From positions 1-64,000 of the IMG/VR virus record IMGVR_UViG_3300033120_000865: DNA of 64,000 bases; one strand, given 5' to 3'. Both the position numbers and the translations under genes were made by a program. Source of the stretch: a virus. Taxonomy: Duplodnaviria; Caudoviricetes. Under the pieces are notes generated by a model. The model was given only the letters and a program-made list of their open reading frames with translations, did not search any database and was not told the DNA's origin. Positions within the stretch are counted from its first letter, which is position 1; each line of letters starts with the position of its first letter. Shown here piece after piece: positions 46,981-58,160 of the stretch.

Positions 46981-49137
46981 ATGAGTCAAATAAATTCAAT
47001 AAGAAATCCAGAAGGTATATGGATAAATAGTCAAGCATTTAGAGAGGAAGGTAATAAATTCAAAAAACATGGATATTATATTGCTGACCCTTGGGGTTCA
47101 CCTGCTTGGTATGATTACTGGACAGAACAAAGAGGTAGATGTATTAATGGTTACTCAGTAGGAGGGGCAAAAATAACAGGAGAACATTATTTTTATTTAA
47201 ATTTTACACCTATTCAAAAGGTAGATAATATTAATGGAAATAGAGCAGATAAGATAGAGGGTTTTCCTGACTTTTGGGATGGAGATTATAATTATTTCTG
47301 GTCAAGAGAGATAGCAAAGAATGGTATTGTTAGAGCATTAGGGTTAGAGGCAGAATTTGAAGAAGAGTTTAGAATTAGTGTAAAAACACTTCCAGAAGCA
47401 GAGGCTCAGAAAAAGATTTTACAAAAATTATTTGATGGGTTGCAACTTGAAGTTAAGATTGAAGTTGATTTTCTTGGTGGTGGATATAATTTGATTGTTG
47501 GTAAATCAAGAAGAAAAGGTTATTCACTTAAAAATCAAGCTATTGCAGCTAACAATTATCAAACAATACCTAAAAGTTATACAGCCTTTGGAGCTTATGA
47601 GAAGAGATTTTTATTTCCTGGTGCTATCTTTTCTTATACAATGGACACAATTAACTTTGTTAATACCAATACAGCATGGGCAATGCCCTCAGATGTATTA
47701 AAAAAAGCAGACCATATTAAGTCTAGTTATATTGAGTATAAGAATGGTATTAAATTAGAGAGTGGTTTTAAATCAGAAATACAGGCAGTTACATTTAAGG
47801 ATAACCCTGATGCTTTAAGGGGTAAGAATGCGAAAGATATTTTCTTCGAGGAATCAGGAGCATTTGGTACACCAGGATTATTGAAATCTTCGTATGCTGC
47901 TTCTCAGGACTGTGTAATGGCAGGAGCTATTAAAACAGGAATGATTACAATCTTTGGAACATCTGGAGATATGGAAGGTGGTACTTATGATTATGCTGAT
48001 ATGTTCTCAAGACCAGAAGCATTTGATTTAATGCCTTTTGTAAATATATGGGATGAAGATAGTTTGAAAACTAAAGTAGGATTCTTTCACCCTATTAACT
48101 GGAATATGGAAGGGTTTTATGATGAGCAAGGTAACTCAAATAAAAAAGCAGCAAAAGATTTAGAATTAGCACATAGAGCAAAATTAATTAAAAATGGGGC
48201 TACTTCAACAGAGTTACAACAAAGAATGCAAGAGAAACCTCTTGGTCCAGCAGAAGCATTTGCAGCAGTGTCAAGTAATACTTTTCCAGTAGTAGAATTA
48301 AAACAACAATTACAAAAAGTAAAAGCAAATGGATTACAATTTATAAAAGGAACTCCAGTTGATTTATTGATGGAAGATGGTAAGATAATAGCAAAACCAA
48401 TTCTTAATTCTAGTAAAGAACCAATTACAAGTTATCATCATATACCAACTAATAAAAGAGGATGTCCTGTTATTTATGAATATCCAGTAAATAATGCTCC
48501 TTCAGGTTTATATAAGATTGGATATGACCCCATAAGACAGGAAGAAGGAACTTCATTAGCTTCAATATGTGTATATAAAAGTTTTCATGTTGGTACTGCT
48601 TATCATAGTATTTTAGTTGCTGAATATATTGGAAGATATGAAGACCCAGATGATATTGATAGAATAGCAGAGATGTTTGCTGATTTATATAATACTAAAA
48701 TAATGTATGAGAATGAAGTTACTGGAGTTAAGAATTATTTTAGAAGAATTAAAAGGTTAGGTTTACTAGCATTACAACCTGATTCTGTAATTTCTAAAAA
48801 TGTGAAACATAGTAAGGTAAATAGGGTCTATGGGTGTCATATGAATGTGCAACTTAAAGATGCTGGAGAAAGATATGTTAAGTCATGGTTACTAACAGTA
48901 TTAGATTATGATGAAGAAGGAAATCCTATTAGAGTTATTGATAGAATATATTCAATAAGACTACTTGAAGAATTAATCTCATATAATAGAAAAGGTAATT
49001 TTGACTTAGTTTCTTCTCTATTTATGTGTATGTTTCAAGTACAAGAAGAAGTCTTAGGTAAAGAGTATGATGAGAAAAAAGAAAGTAAAAATGCAAAATT
49101 ATTATTAGAAATGATAAATGATATGTACAAGAAGTAA
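46981..49137 (+). CDS. terL: terminase large subunit
   Basis: GKSRRKGYS, Walker B DIFFEESG, FGTSG, nuclease GYDP...YENE...FDLVSS. Confidence 0.93.
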   Translation: MSQINSIRNPEGIWINSQAFREEGNKFKKHGYYIADPWGSPAWYDYWTEQRGRCINGYSVGGAKITGEHYFYLNFTPIQKVDNINGNRADKIEGFPDFWDGDYNYFWSREIAKNGIVRALGLEAEFEEEFRISVKTLPEAEAQKKILQKLFDGLQLEVKIEVDFLGGGYNLIVGKSRRKGYSLKNQAIAANNYQTIPKSYTAFGAYEKRFLFPGAIFSYTMDTINFVNTNTAWAMPSDVLKKADHIKSSYIEYKNGIKLESGFKSEIQAVTFKDNPDALRGKNAKDIFFEESGAFGTPGLLKSSYAASQDCVMAGAIKTGMITIFGTSGDMEGGTYDYADMFSRPEAFDLMPFVNIWDEDSLKTKVGFFHPINWNMEGFYDEQGNSNKKAAKDLELAHRAKLIKNGATSTELQQRMQEKPLGPAEAFAAVSSNTFPVVELKQQLQKVKANGLQFIKGTPVDLLMEDGKIIAKPILNSSKEPITSYHHIPTNKRGCPVIYEYPVNNAPSGLYKIGYDPIRQEEGTSLASICVYKSFHVGTAYHSILVAEYIGRYEDPDDIDRIAEMFADLYNTKIMYENEVTGVKNYFRRIKRLGLLALQPDSVISKNVKHSKVNRVYGCHMNVQLKDAGERYVKSWLLTVLDYDEEGNPIRVIDRIYSIRLLEELISYNRKGNFDLVSSLFMCMFQVQEEVLGKEYDEKKESKNAKLLLEMINDMYKK

Positions 49138-49146
49138 TTAATTTTG

Positions 49147-49154
49147 TATATTTG
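49147..49154 (+). promoter_or_regulatory. -7 promoter box upstream of portal
   Basis: TATATTTG; similar boxes at 51713-51720, 60008-60015, 62239-62246. Confidence 0.55.
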
Positions 49155-49194
49155 CAATTAAATTAATTATTATGAAAAAAATTAATATAAAATT

Positions 49195-51645
49195 ATGCCT
49201 ACAATAAACCAAAATCAAAATCAAAGATTAAGTTATGCAGCAAAAAATGCTGATAATAAACAATGGTATAAGAATCAAGCAAATATGATTGATAATCAAC
49301 ATCATTTAAATAATTATAATACTTATCATACTGATAATGTATCTGATTTTAAAAGAATGAAAGTTAATTATGATTTATTTAATAATATACTTGATTTATC
49401 TGATTTTGAATATGTTTGTAAACCATTTGGTGCAGAAGCTGGAGAATTACCTGCAAAGATGATTAATAGAGATATTGTTTCTGGTAAAATTAAAGCTATG
49501 CTTGGTATGGAAATGAAAAGACCTTTTTCATGGAATGTTATAGCTACAAATCCAGAAGCAACTACTAGAAAAGAACAAGAAGAGTTTGGAAGAATAAGAG
49601 ATTATGTTATTTCAGAAACTCTTAAACCAATTAGAATGCAAATTGAGCAACAAAAGGCTCAAGAAACTCAAGGAAGAGAATTAACTCCAGATGAAATACA
49701 AAAAATTCAACAAGAAATTGAAGAAGAATTACAAGCACAAACTCCAGAGGAAGTAAAGAAATATATGCAAAGAGACCATCAAGACCCATCAGAGGTAATG
49801 TCTCAGCAACTACTTGAATATTTAATTCAAAAATGTGATGTTAAAAGAAAATTTAATAATGCACTAAAGCATGGATTATTATCTGCTAAAGGTATTATGT
49901 ATGTTGGTATATTAAATGGAGAACCAGAAACTTGGAATACAAATTCAATGAGATTCAACTATGATAAATCACCTGATTTACAATTTGTTGAAGATGGAGA
50001 ATTTGCAAGTTGTGAATATCCTATGACACCTTCAGAGATTGTTAGATTCTTTGGTGATGAGTTAAAGCAAGATGAGATTGATAGAATTTATAAATCTTGG
50101 GGTGGACCAAATAGAGCAAAGATAATTGATAGTGATTTATTTAATATTGAGGAGACTGTTAGAAACCACAATAATAATAGTTCAGTAATGATGGTTCATA
50201 CTGTATGGAAATCATTAAGAAAGATAGGATTCTTAAAGTATAAAGATTTTAAGACTGGTAGCACTGAAGAAATGATTGTAGATGAAAACTACAAATTAAA
50301 TAAAGATACAGGAGACCTTTCTATTCAATGGGAATGGATTCCAGAAGCTTATGAGACATGGAAAGTTAAAACAGTAGAACCTATCTACTTAAAAATGCAA
50401 CCCATTCCAGGGCAATTTAAAGATATTGATAATTTATATTATTGTAAACTTCCTTATTATGGAATAATTTATGATAATATGAACTCACAAGAAACTTCAT
50501 TAATGGATAGATTAAAAGTTTATCAATATTATTATAATATTGTAATGTATAGACTTGAATTATTACTAGCTTCTGATAAAGGAAAAAAAGTGTTAATGAA
50601 TATTAATATGATTCCAGACTCAGCAGGTATTAATATTAAGCAATGGCAGTACTTTATAGAGTCAACCCCTTATATGTGGTATGACCCAAGTGAAGAAGGT
50701 GCTCAATATGCTGATGCTAATACAGTTGCAAAAGTTATTGATTTATCTATGGTATCTGATATTCAGAAATATATTGAAATTGCTGAATATCTTAGAAATC
50801 AATGTGGTAGAAGTGTTGGTATTAGTGATGCTGTAGAAGGTCAAATTGGACCAAATGATAGTGTTGGTGGTACAAGACAGAATCTTATACAATCTTCACA
50901 TATTCTTGAACCTTATTTTGAATTACATAGTTATTTAAAAAGAAATGTATTACAAGCTTTAATTGAGACTGCTAAGGTTGCTTACTCAGGAACTAAAAAG
51001 AAAAAATTAACTTATTTTCTTGATGACATGTCTAAAAAAATTATTGATTTAGATATAGGTTTAATTAATGACTCTACATTAGGATTGTTTGTTTCTAATT
51101 CAGCTAAAGCAGAAGAAGCTAAAGATTTAATAAGACAACTTGCCCATGCAGCTTTACAAAATCAAAAAGTAGAACTATCTGATGTTATTTCAATAATTAG
51201 ACAAGAGTCAATAATTGAAGCAGAAGAAACTCTTAAGGTTGCAGAAGAAAAAAGAAATGCATTTGAATCTTCACAAACTCAAGCAACAATAAAAGCAAAT
51301 GCAGAAGAAAAAGAAAAAGATAGAGAATTTGAGAGAGAAAAATGGGAACATGAAAAAGATATTGTTATTGTTAAAGAAGAAGAGAAAAGAGAGACTGAAG
51401 TTATTAAAGGTGCTCTGGTTGGAGCTTCATTTAACCCAGACCAAGATGCAGATAATGATGGGGAAAATGATTTTGTTGAAATTGCTAAACATGGTTTAGA
51501 TGCTGAAATTAAAAGACAAAATGTTCAATTACAAAAAGATAAATTTGAACATCAAAAAAATATTGATTCTAAAAAATTAAAACAGAATGATAAGAAATTG
51601 AGTATTGATGAAAAGAAATTAAATCAAAAGAAGTCTAGTTCTTAA
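49195..51645 (+). CDS. portal protein
   Basis: 816 aa, follows TerL in crAss-like order; NYDLFN, SLMDRLKVYQYYYNI. Confidence 0.88.
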   Translation: MPTINQNQNQRLSYAAKNADNKQWYKNQANMIDNQHHLNNYNTYHTDNVSDFKRMKVNYDLFNNILDLSDFEYVCKPFGAEAGELPAKMINRDIVSGKIKAMLGMEMKRPFSWNVIATNPEATTRKEQEEFGRIRDYVISETLKPIRMQIEQQKAQETQGRELTPDEIQKIQQEIEEELQAQTPEEVKKYMQRDHQDPSEVMSQQLLEYLIQKCDVKRKFNNALKHGLLSAKGIMYVGILNGEPETWNTNSMRFNYDKSPDLQFVEDGEFASCEYPMTPSEIVRFFGDELKQDEIDRIYKSWGGPNRAKIIDSDLFNIEETVRNHNNNSSVMMVHTVWKSLRKIGFLKYKDFKTGSTEEMIVDENYKLNKDTGDLSIQWEWIPEAYETWKVKTVEPIYLKMQPIPGQFKDIDNLYYCKLPYYGIIYDNMNSQETSLMDRLKVYQYYYNIVMYRLELLLASDKGKKVLMNINMIPDSAGINIKQWQYFIESTPYMWYDPSEEGAQYADANTVAKVIDLSMVSDIQKYIEIAEYLRNQCGRSVGISDAVEGQIGPNDSVGGTRQNLIQSSHILEPYFELHSYLKRNVLQALIETAKVAYSGTKKKKLTYFLDDMSKKIIDLDIGLINDSTLGLFVSNSAKAEEAKDLIRQLAHAALQNQKVELSDVISIIRQESIIEAEETLKVAEEKRNAFESSQTQATIKANAEEKEKDREFEREKWEHEKDIVIVKEEEKRETEVIKGALVGASFNPDQDADNDGENDFVEIAKHGLDAEIKRQNVQLQKDKFEHQKNIDSKKLKQNDKKLSIDEKKLNQKKSSS

Positions 51646-51724
51646 AAAAAGCTATTAGACATTATTTTTGAAAAATTAATTTTAAAAATGTAGTTTTATT
51701 AATTTTTAATATTAAATTTGTAGC

Positions 51725-52867
51725 ATGATAAAAGAGAATAAAAGTCTTGAAGGATTTGAAGGATTTGAAGAGATGTCATCAGAAGTAGATTTTTTCAGTC
51801 AGACCCAAGACACAGATGTTAGTACAGATACAAAATCTGTTATTGATGAAATATCTAAAGATGATATTTCATCAGAAGAAAATAAAAATGTTGAGGTAAC
51901 AAGTGCAACAGAAAAAGATGACTTGTTTAGTGATAAAACTATATTAGATGATAATGAAGAAGAGGAAGCAGAGGTTAAAACTGATTCAAATATTTCAATC
52001 CTTAATAAATTAAAAGAAAAAGGTTTCATTGAATTTGAACTTGAAGAAGGAGAAGAATTAACTGAAGAGTTAGCAGAAGAATTACTTGAAGATAAGTTTG
52101 AAGAAAGTGTAGAAAATAAGGTAAAAGAGTTAGTAAATGATTTACCTGATGAAAAGAAACAAGCAGTACAATATCTACTTAAAGGTGGTAGCTTAACTGA
52201 CTTGATAAGTGCTTTTTCATCAAATGATGTTTCAATTGATTTAAATATAAATTTAGAAAAAGAAGAAACACAAATTAGTACTTTAAAAAAACTTTTGAAA
52301 CTTGAAGATAAAGATGATGAAGAAATTGAAACAGAAATTGAGTTCTTAAAAGATTCTGGTAAACTTAAATTAATTACTGAAAAGAAATTTAATAAGTATA
52401 AAAAAGAAATTGAAGAAGATCAAAGAGATTTTCTTGCTGAACAAGAAGATAGAAAAGAAAAAGAAAGAATAGCAATTAGAGAATCAAAAGCAAAAATTTC
52501 TACTTTCTTAACTAAAAATGTAGAAGTAGATGGTATTACATTTACAAAAGAAGATAAAAAATCTTTACCTTCTTATATGAATGATAAGACTGTAAAATTA
52601 CAAAATGGTACTCTTATAACAGAAATGCAAAAACAACTGTTTTATGATATACCAAAGAATGATAAAGCATTAATACAGCTTGCTACATTATTGAAAAATA
52701 GAAATGAAGATGGAACATTCAATTTTGATAGTATAGCAAAAAGTGCAAGAACAAAGGTAACACAAGAAGTGAGAAAAGAAATTAGAAGAGGACAGAGTAT
52801 TCCTGGAAATTCAACAATTACAGGTAAAGAATCAGTGAAAAGTTTAGCTGATTACTTTACAAAATAA
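51725..52867 (+). CDS. acidic scaffolding-like protein
   Basis: Highly acidic coiled coil between portal and capsid. Confidence 0.7.
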   Translation: MIKENKSLEGFEGFEEMSSEVDFFSQTQDTDVSTDTKSVIDEISKDDISSEENKNVEVTSATEKDDLFSDKTILDDNEEEEAEVKTDSNISILNKLKEKGFIEFELEEGEELTEELAEELLEDKFEESVENKVKELVNDLPDEKKQAVQYLLKGGSLTDLISAFSSNDVSIDLNINLEKEETQISTLKKLLKLEDKDDEEIETEIEFLKDSGKLKLITEKKFNKYKKEIEEDQRDFLAEQEDRKEKERIAIRESKAKISTFLTKNVEVDGITFTKEDKKSLPSYMNDKTVKLQNGTLITEMQKQLFYDIPKNDKALIQLATLLKNRNEDGTFNFDSIAKSARTKVTQEVRKEIRRGQSIPGNSTITGKESVKSLADYFTK

Positions 52868-52889
52868 CTAAATTTAAAACAATTAAATT

Positions 52890-54368
52890 ATGGCAATGAC
52901 AATTAATAAATTGCAAGTAAGACAAGCAAAATTTGATTCTACTAGAATGACTGACTTAAATCATTGGAGTAAGAATCTGGCTATCAAGCCAACTGTTTTT
53001 GAAGCACCACAGAGAGCTTTGTTCTCTTCAAAAACAAATAGTATAAATTTATCAAGTGGAAATATCCTTGAAGGTATTTTTGGTTTAGGTAAGACTAAAT
53101 ATATTGATGATTTAACTTGGTCATGGAAAATGAATGTAAAAGGATATAGACCTATTACAATTCTTGAAAACAGAACTGCTGGTTCAACACCAGGAAAATA
53201 TAGAGGTAAAATCAAAGTCTTAGTGGATGTTGATTTAGCTGCTATTGGTGAATCTTGGGGTCCAGGTTCTTCTGACAAATCTCAAGTGGTAACTGTTGTA
53301 GATAAAAGAAAAGATGGTAGAGGATATGAATATACTTTACAAACTTACACTGAAGGTGCAGAGCACTTTATTAAACCAACTTATCTTGAGCCAGGAACAA
53401 AATGGACAAGAATGTACACTATGAGAGGTGAGGCTGCTGAGTCAGGTGGTCATACAGAAGGGTACACTCAGGTTGAATACAAAAATTCATTAGTGAAACT
53501 AAGAAAAGAATTTAAAGTAACAGACTTTGGTGCTCAAGCTGTTTTGGATATTGCTTTCCAAGATGAAAATGGTAAAGTATATAGAGCTTGGATGGATATG
53601 CAAGAAGCTCAATATCATATGGCAATGAATAAAGAGATGGCTATACATGGAATGTATAGTAGATTGGGAGACCAACCTCTTATTGACCCAGATTCAGGTT
53701 ATCCAATTAATCCTGGTGCAGGTATGGAGCAACAAATTGAATTTGGTGGAAACAATGAAAGATATACAACTTTAAGTGCAGAATTAATTGAAGCATTCTT
53801 TGATAGAATTGTTTATTCAAGAATTAGTCCTGGTGATTTAGGAGATGTAATTGGATTGTCTGGACACTATGGTATGAAAGAATTTGCAAAATCTTTAGAT
53901 ATTTGGGCAGGTGGTAAAGCTATTGTTAGAAATAGTCAAGATTTTGTTAAAAATGATGCAAGTGGTGTACATAATAACTCATTAAGAGTAGGTTATCAAT
54001 TCACTCATTATGATTTACCTAATGGTGGTAGTTTCAAATTAATTCATAATCCATTAAATGATGATAAATCTATCCATAGAGATATTGACCCATTAACAGG
54101 TTATCCTTTACAATCACAAAGAATTACAATTCTTGATGTAACTGGAGGAAATGGGCAATCAATTAATGAAAGAGATAATATTTGTTTAGTTAGAAAAAAC
54201 AAAGTTTATGGTACAACTTTAATTGAAGGTAGAGTAGGACCAGGTGGTGAGATTTCTAAAAATCCTAAACACTCTGGGGATTATTACAGAGTAGATATTT
54301 CTGATTCAGTAGGTGTTGAAATTAAAGACCCAACTGTAACAGGAGAATTAATTAAAACAGTAAACTAA
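52890..54368 (+). CDS. major capsid protein
   Basis: 492 aa, crAss-like position; WSWKM, GAGMEQQI, LIHNPLND. Confidence 0.85.
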   Translation: MAMTINKLQVRQAKFDSTRMTDLNHWSKNLAIKPTVFEAPQRALFSSKTNSINLSSGNILEGIFGLGKTKYIDDLTWSWKMNVKGYRPITILENRTAGSTPGKYRGKIKVLVDVDLAAIGESWGPGSSDKSQVVTVVDKRKDGRGYEYTLQTYTEGAEHFIKPTYLEPGTKWTRMYTMRGEAAESGGHTEGYTQVEYKNSLVKLRKEFKVTDFGAQAVLDIAFQDENGKVYRAWMDMQEAQYHMAMNKEMAIHGMYSRLGDQPLIDPDSGYPINPGAGMEQQIEFGGNNERYTTLSAELIEAFFDRIVYSRISPGDLGDVIGLSGHYGMKEFAKSLDIWAGGKAIVRNSQDFVKNDASGVHNNSLRVGYQFTHYDLPNGGSFKLIHNPLNDDKSIHRDIDPLTGYPLQSQRITILDVTGGNGQSINERDNICLVRKNKVYGTTLIEGRVGPGGEISKNPKHSGDYYRVDISDSVGVEIKDPTVTGELIKTVN

Positions 54369-54372
54369 TTTT

Positions 54373-55194
54373 ATGATAAATAAAGAGTTAAAAATAGAGA
54401 TTAGACCTATTCCAGACAGAAATAATATCAAACAATTTTCTGAAAATTTAGAATATTTTTCTCAATCAAATATTATAGCTGCTTTTGTGAATCCTGTCTC
54501 ATTAAAATATGAGACAGGTCTTTCACCAGAAGATAAAGAATATTTATTGAAAGAAGAATTTCCTTATAATATTTCTGATAATTATACTAAAGGTATTCCA
54601 CATCCATTCTGGGAAAGTTCTATGGCAAAGGTAGAATTGAAAAATAGTCCAACATTTTTGTTTCCAGGAAAAAGTCTTATTGATTTTATTAAGTATAAAT
54701 ATTTACTTGTAAATAATTATATTTATAAATCAGAAGAAGAGATGAGAAGTGGTATTAAACCATTAGCCACTCATTATATTCATAATGAAGTTGAAGCTAC
54801 ATCTATAAAAGCAGGAAAATTAGAAACAAGAAATACATTAATTAGAAAAGTATCAGATTTATCATTAAAAAGAAAAAGAGATATTGTTCTTATTTTATTA
54901 AATGAAGACACTGATAATAAAAATGAAAATTATTTAACTGTTAGGTTAGACACTATTATCAATGATAAAGAATTGTCTGAAGAACTAAGTGAACTTTTAA
55001 ATCAAGATTCAGAAGAAGTAGCTTTAGCAGCAGAAATTAAATCTGCTATACATAAAAATATTTTAAGAAAAACTAAACAAGGTATCTTTTTCTTTGAAAA
55101 TAATCTTGGTTTTTCTGAAGAAAATGTAAAAGAGTTTTTAATTAATCCTGACAACCAGGAAATTTTATTAAATATCAAATCTAAAATTCAATAA
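54373..55194 (+). CDS. conserved crAss-like protein downstream of MCP
   Basis: Synteny; HPFWES, DFIKYKYL. Confidence 0.7.
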   Translation: MINKELKIEIRPIPDRNNIKQFSENLEYFSQSNIIAAFVNPVSLKYETGLSPEDKEYLLKEEFPYNISDNYTKGIPHPFWESSMAKVELKNSPTFLFPGKSLIDFIKYKYLLVNNYIYKSEEEMRSGIKPLATHYIHNEVEATSIKAGKLETRNTLIRKVSDLSLKRKRDIVLILLNEDTDNKNENYLTVRLDTIINDKELSEELSELLNQDSEEVALAAEIKSAIHKNILRKTKQGIFFFENNLGFSEENVKEFLINPDNQEILLNIKSKIQ

Positions 55195-55196
55195 TT

Positions 55197-56402
55197 ATGA
55201 AGAGTACATTAGCAGACATAAGACAACTATTCAATGTTACAAATATTGCTTATAGCACTAATATAAATGCTTTAACAGAAGGGCAGTTTGCTGTCTTTGC
55301 TGAAGGAAGTGATGTCAGTGTGGCATCAGGAACAACTTATCTAACTTTACCTGATAAGTTTAGAATTGTATCAAAATTAGGAGGTAAAATTTATTACAGT
55401 CTTGATACAATTGAAAAAACAAGAATGTTTAATCAAATGGCAACAGAGTATCAACCTCAACAAATTAATATTTGGGAAGCAGTTATTCAACATTGTAATT
55501 GTATTGATGGTGTAAGACTAAATATCAATGTTAGTGAACAATCATTAATTCAAAGAGATGGTCTTACATGGACACACAATGACTTTGTTGTTATAGTATC
55601 ACCACAAGAATTACTTTGTTTCTGTAATTGTGATGGTTCAAAACCAGTTTATGAAAATAACATTTTGACACAACTTTTATATGAAAAAGTAAATGCATTA
55701 AATTCTCCTTATTATGAAGCAGCAGTGTCAATTGATATTGCAGATTTAGACACTTATGCCAATCAAGGAGCTTTAGATATAGCAGTGCCATCTCCAACTC
55801 AAGGTGATTTAGCAATTGTAACAGGAGCAGGTTTAAAACAATATAATGGGTCAGCATGGGTAGTAGTAGGTACTGTTCTTGGACAATTAACAGATGTAGC
55901 TACTTTTGTAGAAACTAATAAAACTGTTAATACAGATGATAATTTGTTAAATGATGGAGTGCTTTTAACTTTAATAATTAAAGGAAAATTATCACCAACA
56001 TTAACTTATAAAGAAATTGATGTAAATTATGTATATCCAAGAGGAGTGAGAATTAATCCTTCACTTAGTATAAATAATGAAGTTTCAATAGCATTTTCTG
56101 AAACACAACAATTAGCATTTGAAATTGGAGCAGGTTATGATTTAAGAGCAGAAGAATGGGAAAATATGAACTTCTACACAAATATGAATTTCTACCCAAG
56201 ATTATCTGATGGTGTAACAGTACCAGGATTGACTTATCAATTTGAGAACAACACTACTTATAATACAATTACTTTTGAATTTGGTTCTAAGAAAAGTGGA
56301 TTAGAAGATGTTCCAGAAGGAAATTACAAAAAATTCATGATGTTACTTGGTATTGAAGATGATACTTTATATAGTGCATTGGTAGATATGTTTATAGCTT
56401 AA
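55197..56402 (+). CDS. putative auxiliary capsid/structural protein
   Basis: Synteny; GAGYDLRAEE motif near C-terminus. Confidence 0.65.
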   Translation: MKSTLADIRQLFNVTNIAYSTNINALTEGQFAVFAEGSDVSVASGTTYLTLPDKFRIVSKLGGKIYYSLDTIEKTRMFNQMATEYQPQQINIWEAVIQHCNCIDGVRLNINVSEQSLIQRDGLTWTHNDFVVIVSPQELLCFCNCDGSKPVYENNILTQLLYEKVNALNSPYYEAAVSIDIADLDTYANQGALDIAVPSPTQGDLAIVTGAGLKQYNGSAWVVVGTVLGQLTDVATFVETNKTVNTDDNLLNDGVLLTLIIKGKLSPTLTYKEIDVNYVYPRGVRINPSLSINNEVSIAFSETQQLAFEIGAGYDLRAEEWENMNFYTNMNFYPRLSDGVTVPGLTYQFENNTTYNTITFEFGSKKSGLEDVPEGNYKKFMMLLGIEDDTLYSALVDMFIA

Positions 56403-56416
56403 TAAAACTTTAGACC

Positions 56417-57118
56417 ATGACTATAAAAGATATGCACTATGACTTCAAAAAGAAGTTAAATAAAATTGATAGTCAACAAAATAGAAATTTGTTGATTCCA
56501 GAAATTGATTGGGCATTGAATGAGGCACAAGAATTATTTGTAAAAATGATTGCTCAACCTAGAATAAAGTCATATCTTGGTTTTGAAATGAGTCAGAGAA
56601 GTATAGATGATATTAGGACAATTGTTGTAAAAAACAATTGTCTTAATATTATTAATAATACTGCTACATTACCATCTAATTATTGGCATTTTGTAAAAGG
56701 AAGAGTTGAAATGAGTAAAGGAACATGTAGTAATGTTAAAGGAAAATTTCATCTTAGACAACATGATGATGAATTTGAAGAGAGTCCTTTTGATAATTCA
56801 AATTTTGAATGGAGAACTGTCAATGGACTATTTTATGAAGGTGGGATTAAAGTACATACTGATGGTACATTTACTGTTAATAAATTATGTGTTGATTATA
56901 TAAGAAAAACTAATTATATACATAATGCAGTAGATTTTAGAGGAGGCACTTATAAATTACCTTCTGGTACTATATTAACTGGTTCAGTCAATAGTGAACT
57001 TCCTGAGCATACTCATAGAGAAATTGTAGATATTGCTGTACTTATAGTGACAGGAGAAATACAATCCCCAGACTATGAAATAAAAATGAATAAATTAAAG
57101 TTCAATCAAATTACTTAA
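56417..57118 (+). CDS. tail ring/adaptor protein
   Basis: EIDWALNEAQ, DYIRK, ELPEHTHREIVDIAV. Confidence 0.75.
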   Translation: MTIKDMHYDFKKKLNKIDSQQNRNLLIPEIDWALNEAQELFVKMIAQPRIKSYLGFEMSQRSIDDIRTIVVKNNCLNIINNTATLPSNYWHFVKGRVEMSKGTCSNVKGKFHLRQHDDEFEESPFDNSNFEWRTVNGLFYEGGIKVHTDGTFTVNKLCVDYIRKTNYIHNAVDFRGGTYKLPSGTILTGSVNSELPEHTHREIVDIAVLIVTGEIQSPDYEIKMNKLKFNQIT

Positions 57119-57140
57119 TTGAATAACTAAAAATCTTAAA

Positions 57141-58160
57141 ATGGCATTTACCTATATTTATAAAAAATATAAAGATGTTCATACTATTGAAAATACTGGA
57201 GGAACATCTTTTAATTATAAAATAGATGTTAAAGAATGTGATAGCTTAAATCTTTTTAAATCAGGTATAATATTGCCTGGTGCTATTTTTACATTACCTA
57301 TAACATTTTCAGATGGTATGTACATTGTAACTTTATCTGATAATACAGATGAGGTAATTCTTACTGATATATTACAGTATAATAATATATTAACTTCTTT
57401 TATAAGTGGAACAGAAAATAGTATTTGTGGATGCAAGAAATGTGATGATTGTAAAGATTGTAATGAGTGTGAAGATTATCTTAGTACACTGGCTTATGGT
57501 TTAGGATTTCTACACATAAATAATCCAAAATATAATGATTACTTAAATATTATTTCAGAGACATTAAAATGTAATTACTCACAAGAAATATTAACTACTA
57601 TACAAATTGAAAATCTTACAGGAGTTAAAGAAGTTAAAAAATTAACTCTTTTAAATATTGCAGCATTATATCTTGTATTTTATCTTATTGATTTAGCTCA
57701 AGCTTTTGATATAGAAGAAGCTAATTATATTAAAACAAAATATAAATCTTCTAAAATACTAAAATGTATTAGAAAATTAGGTATTGATGTTGATTTATTC
57801 ATTGATAGTTTATTTAATGATATGAAAGTGTATTATTGGCAATTAGATAATGTAACATTAAATATTGAGGATATAATTCCATTATTTAACAGTGTATATT
57901 TAAATGATAAACCTGTTTTACCATTTACAATTTTTGAACAAGGTAATATAGTAAATTATTCACAAATAGGAAGAATTGCTTTTGCAATTAAGAAAACTGA
58001 TGTTTTAAATTTTCTTATTACAGATTCACTTAATAATGATATTACAGATGAATTTGACTATGAATATTTTCCTCTAACTAAAACTGTATTATTTGTATCT
58101 AAAAATCCTTATAGTTTTAGTAATGTATATTTTAAATTTAAAAAAATAACTAATTTATAA
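57141..58160 (+). CDS. Cys-rich putative structural protein
   Basis: CGCKKCDDCKDCNEC; late operon. Confidence 0.6.
   Translation: MAFTYIYKKYKDVHTIENTGGTSFNYKIDVKECDSLNLFKSGIILPGAIFTLPITFSDGMYIVTLSDNTDEVILTDILQYNNILTSFISGTENSICGCKKCDDCKDCNECEDYLSTLAYGLGFLHINNPKYNDYLNIISETLKCNYSQEILTTIQIENLTGVKEVKKLTLLNIAALYLVFYLIDLAQAFDIEEANYIKTKYKSSKILKCIRKLGIDVDLFIDSLFNDMKVYYWQLDNVTLNIEDIIPLFNSVYLNDKPVLPFTIFEQGNIVNYSQIGRIAFAIKKTDVLNFLITDSLNNDITDEFDYEYFPLTKTVLFVSKNPYSFSNVYFKFKKITNL

Noticed and set aside
2660-49137. Inteins or introns in nrdJ, the polymerase or terL
   Set aside because: Lengths are ordinary, motifs are contiguous and no intein C...HN/C signature was seen.
979-57436. Antisense or nested ORFs from the track (979, 2913, 5841, 5990, 12282, 14853, 19292, 24029, 27903, 34610, 37222, 47495, 51299, 51799, 52961, 55591, 57215)
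   Set aside because: They overlap well-supported genes on the opposite strand or another frame, and read as low-complexity shadow translations.
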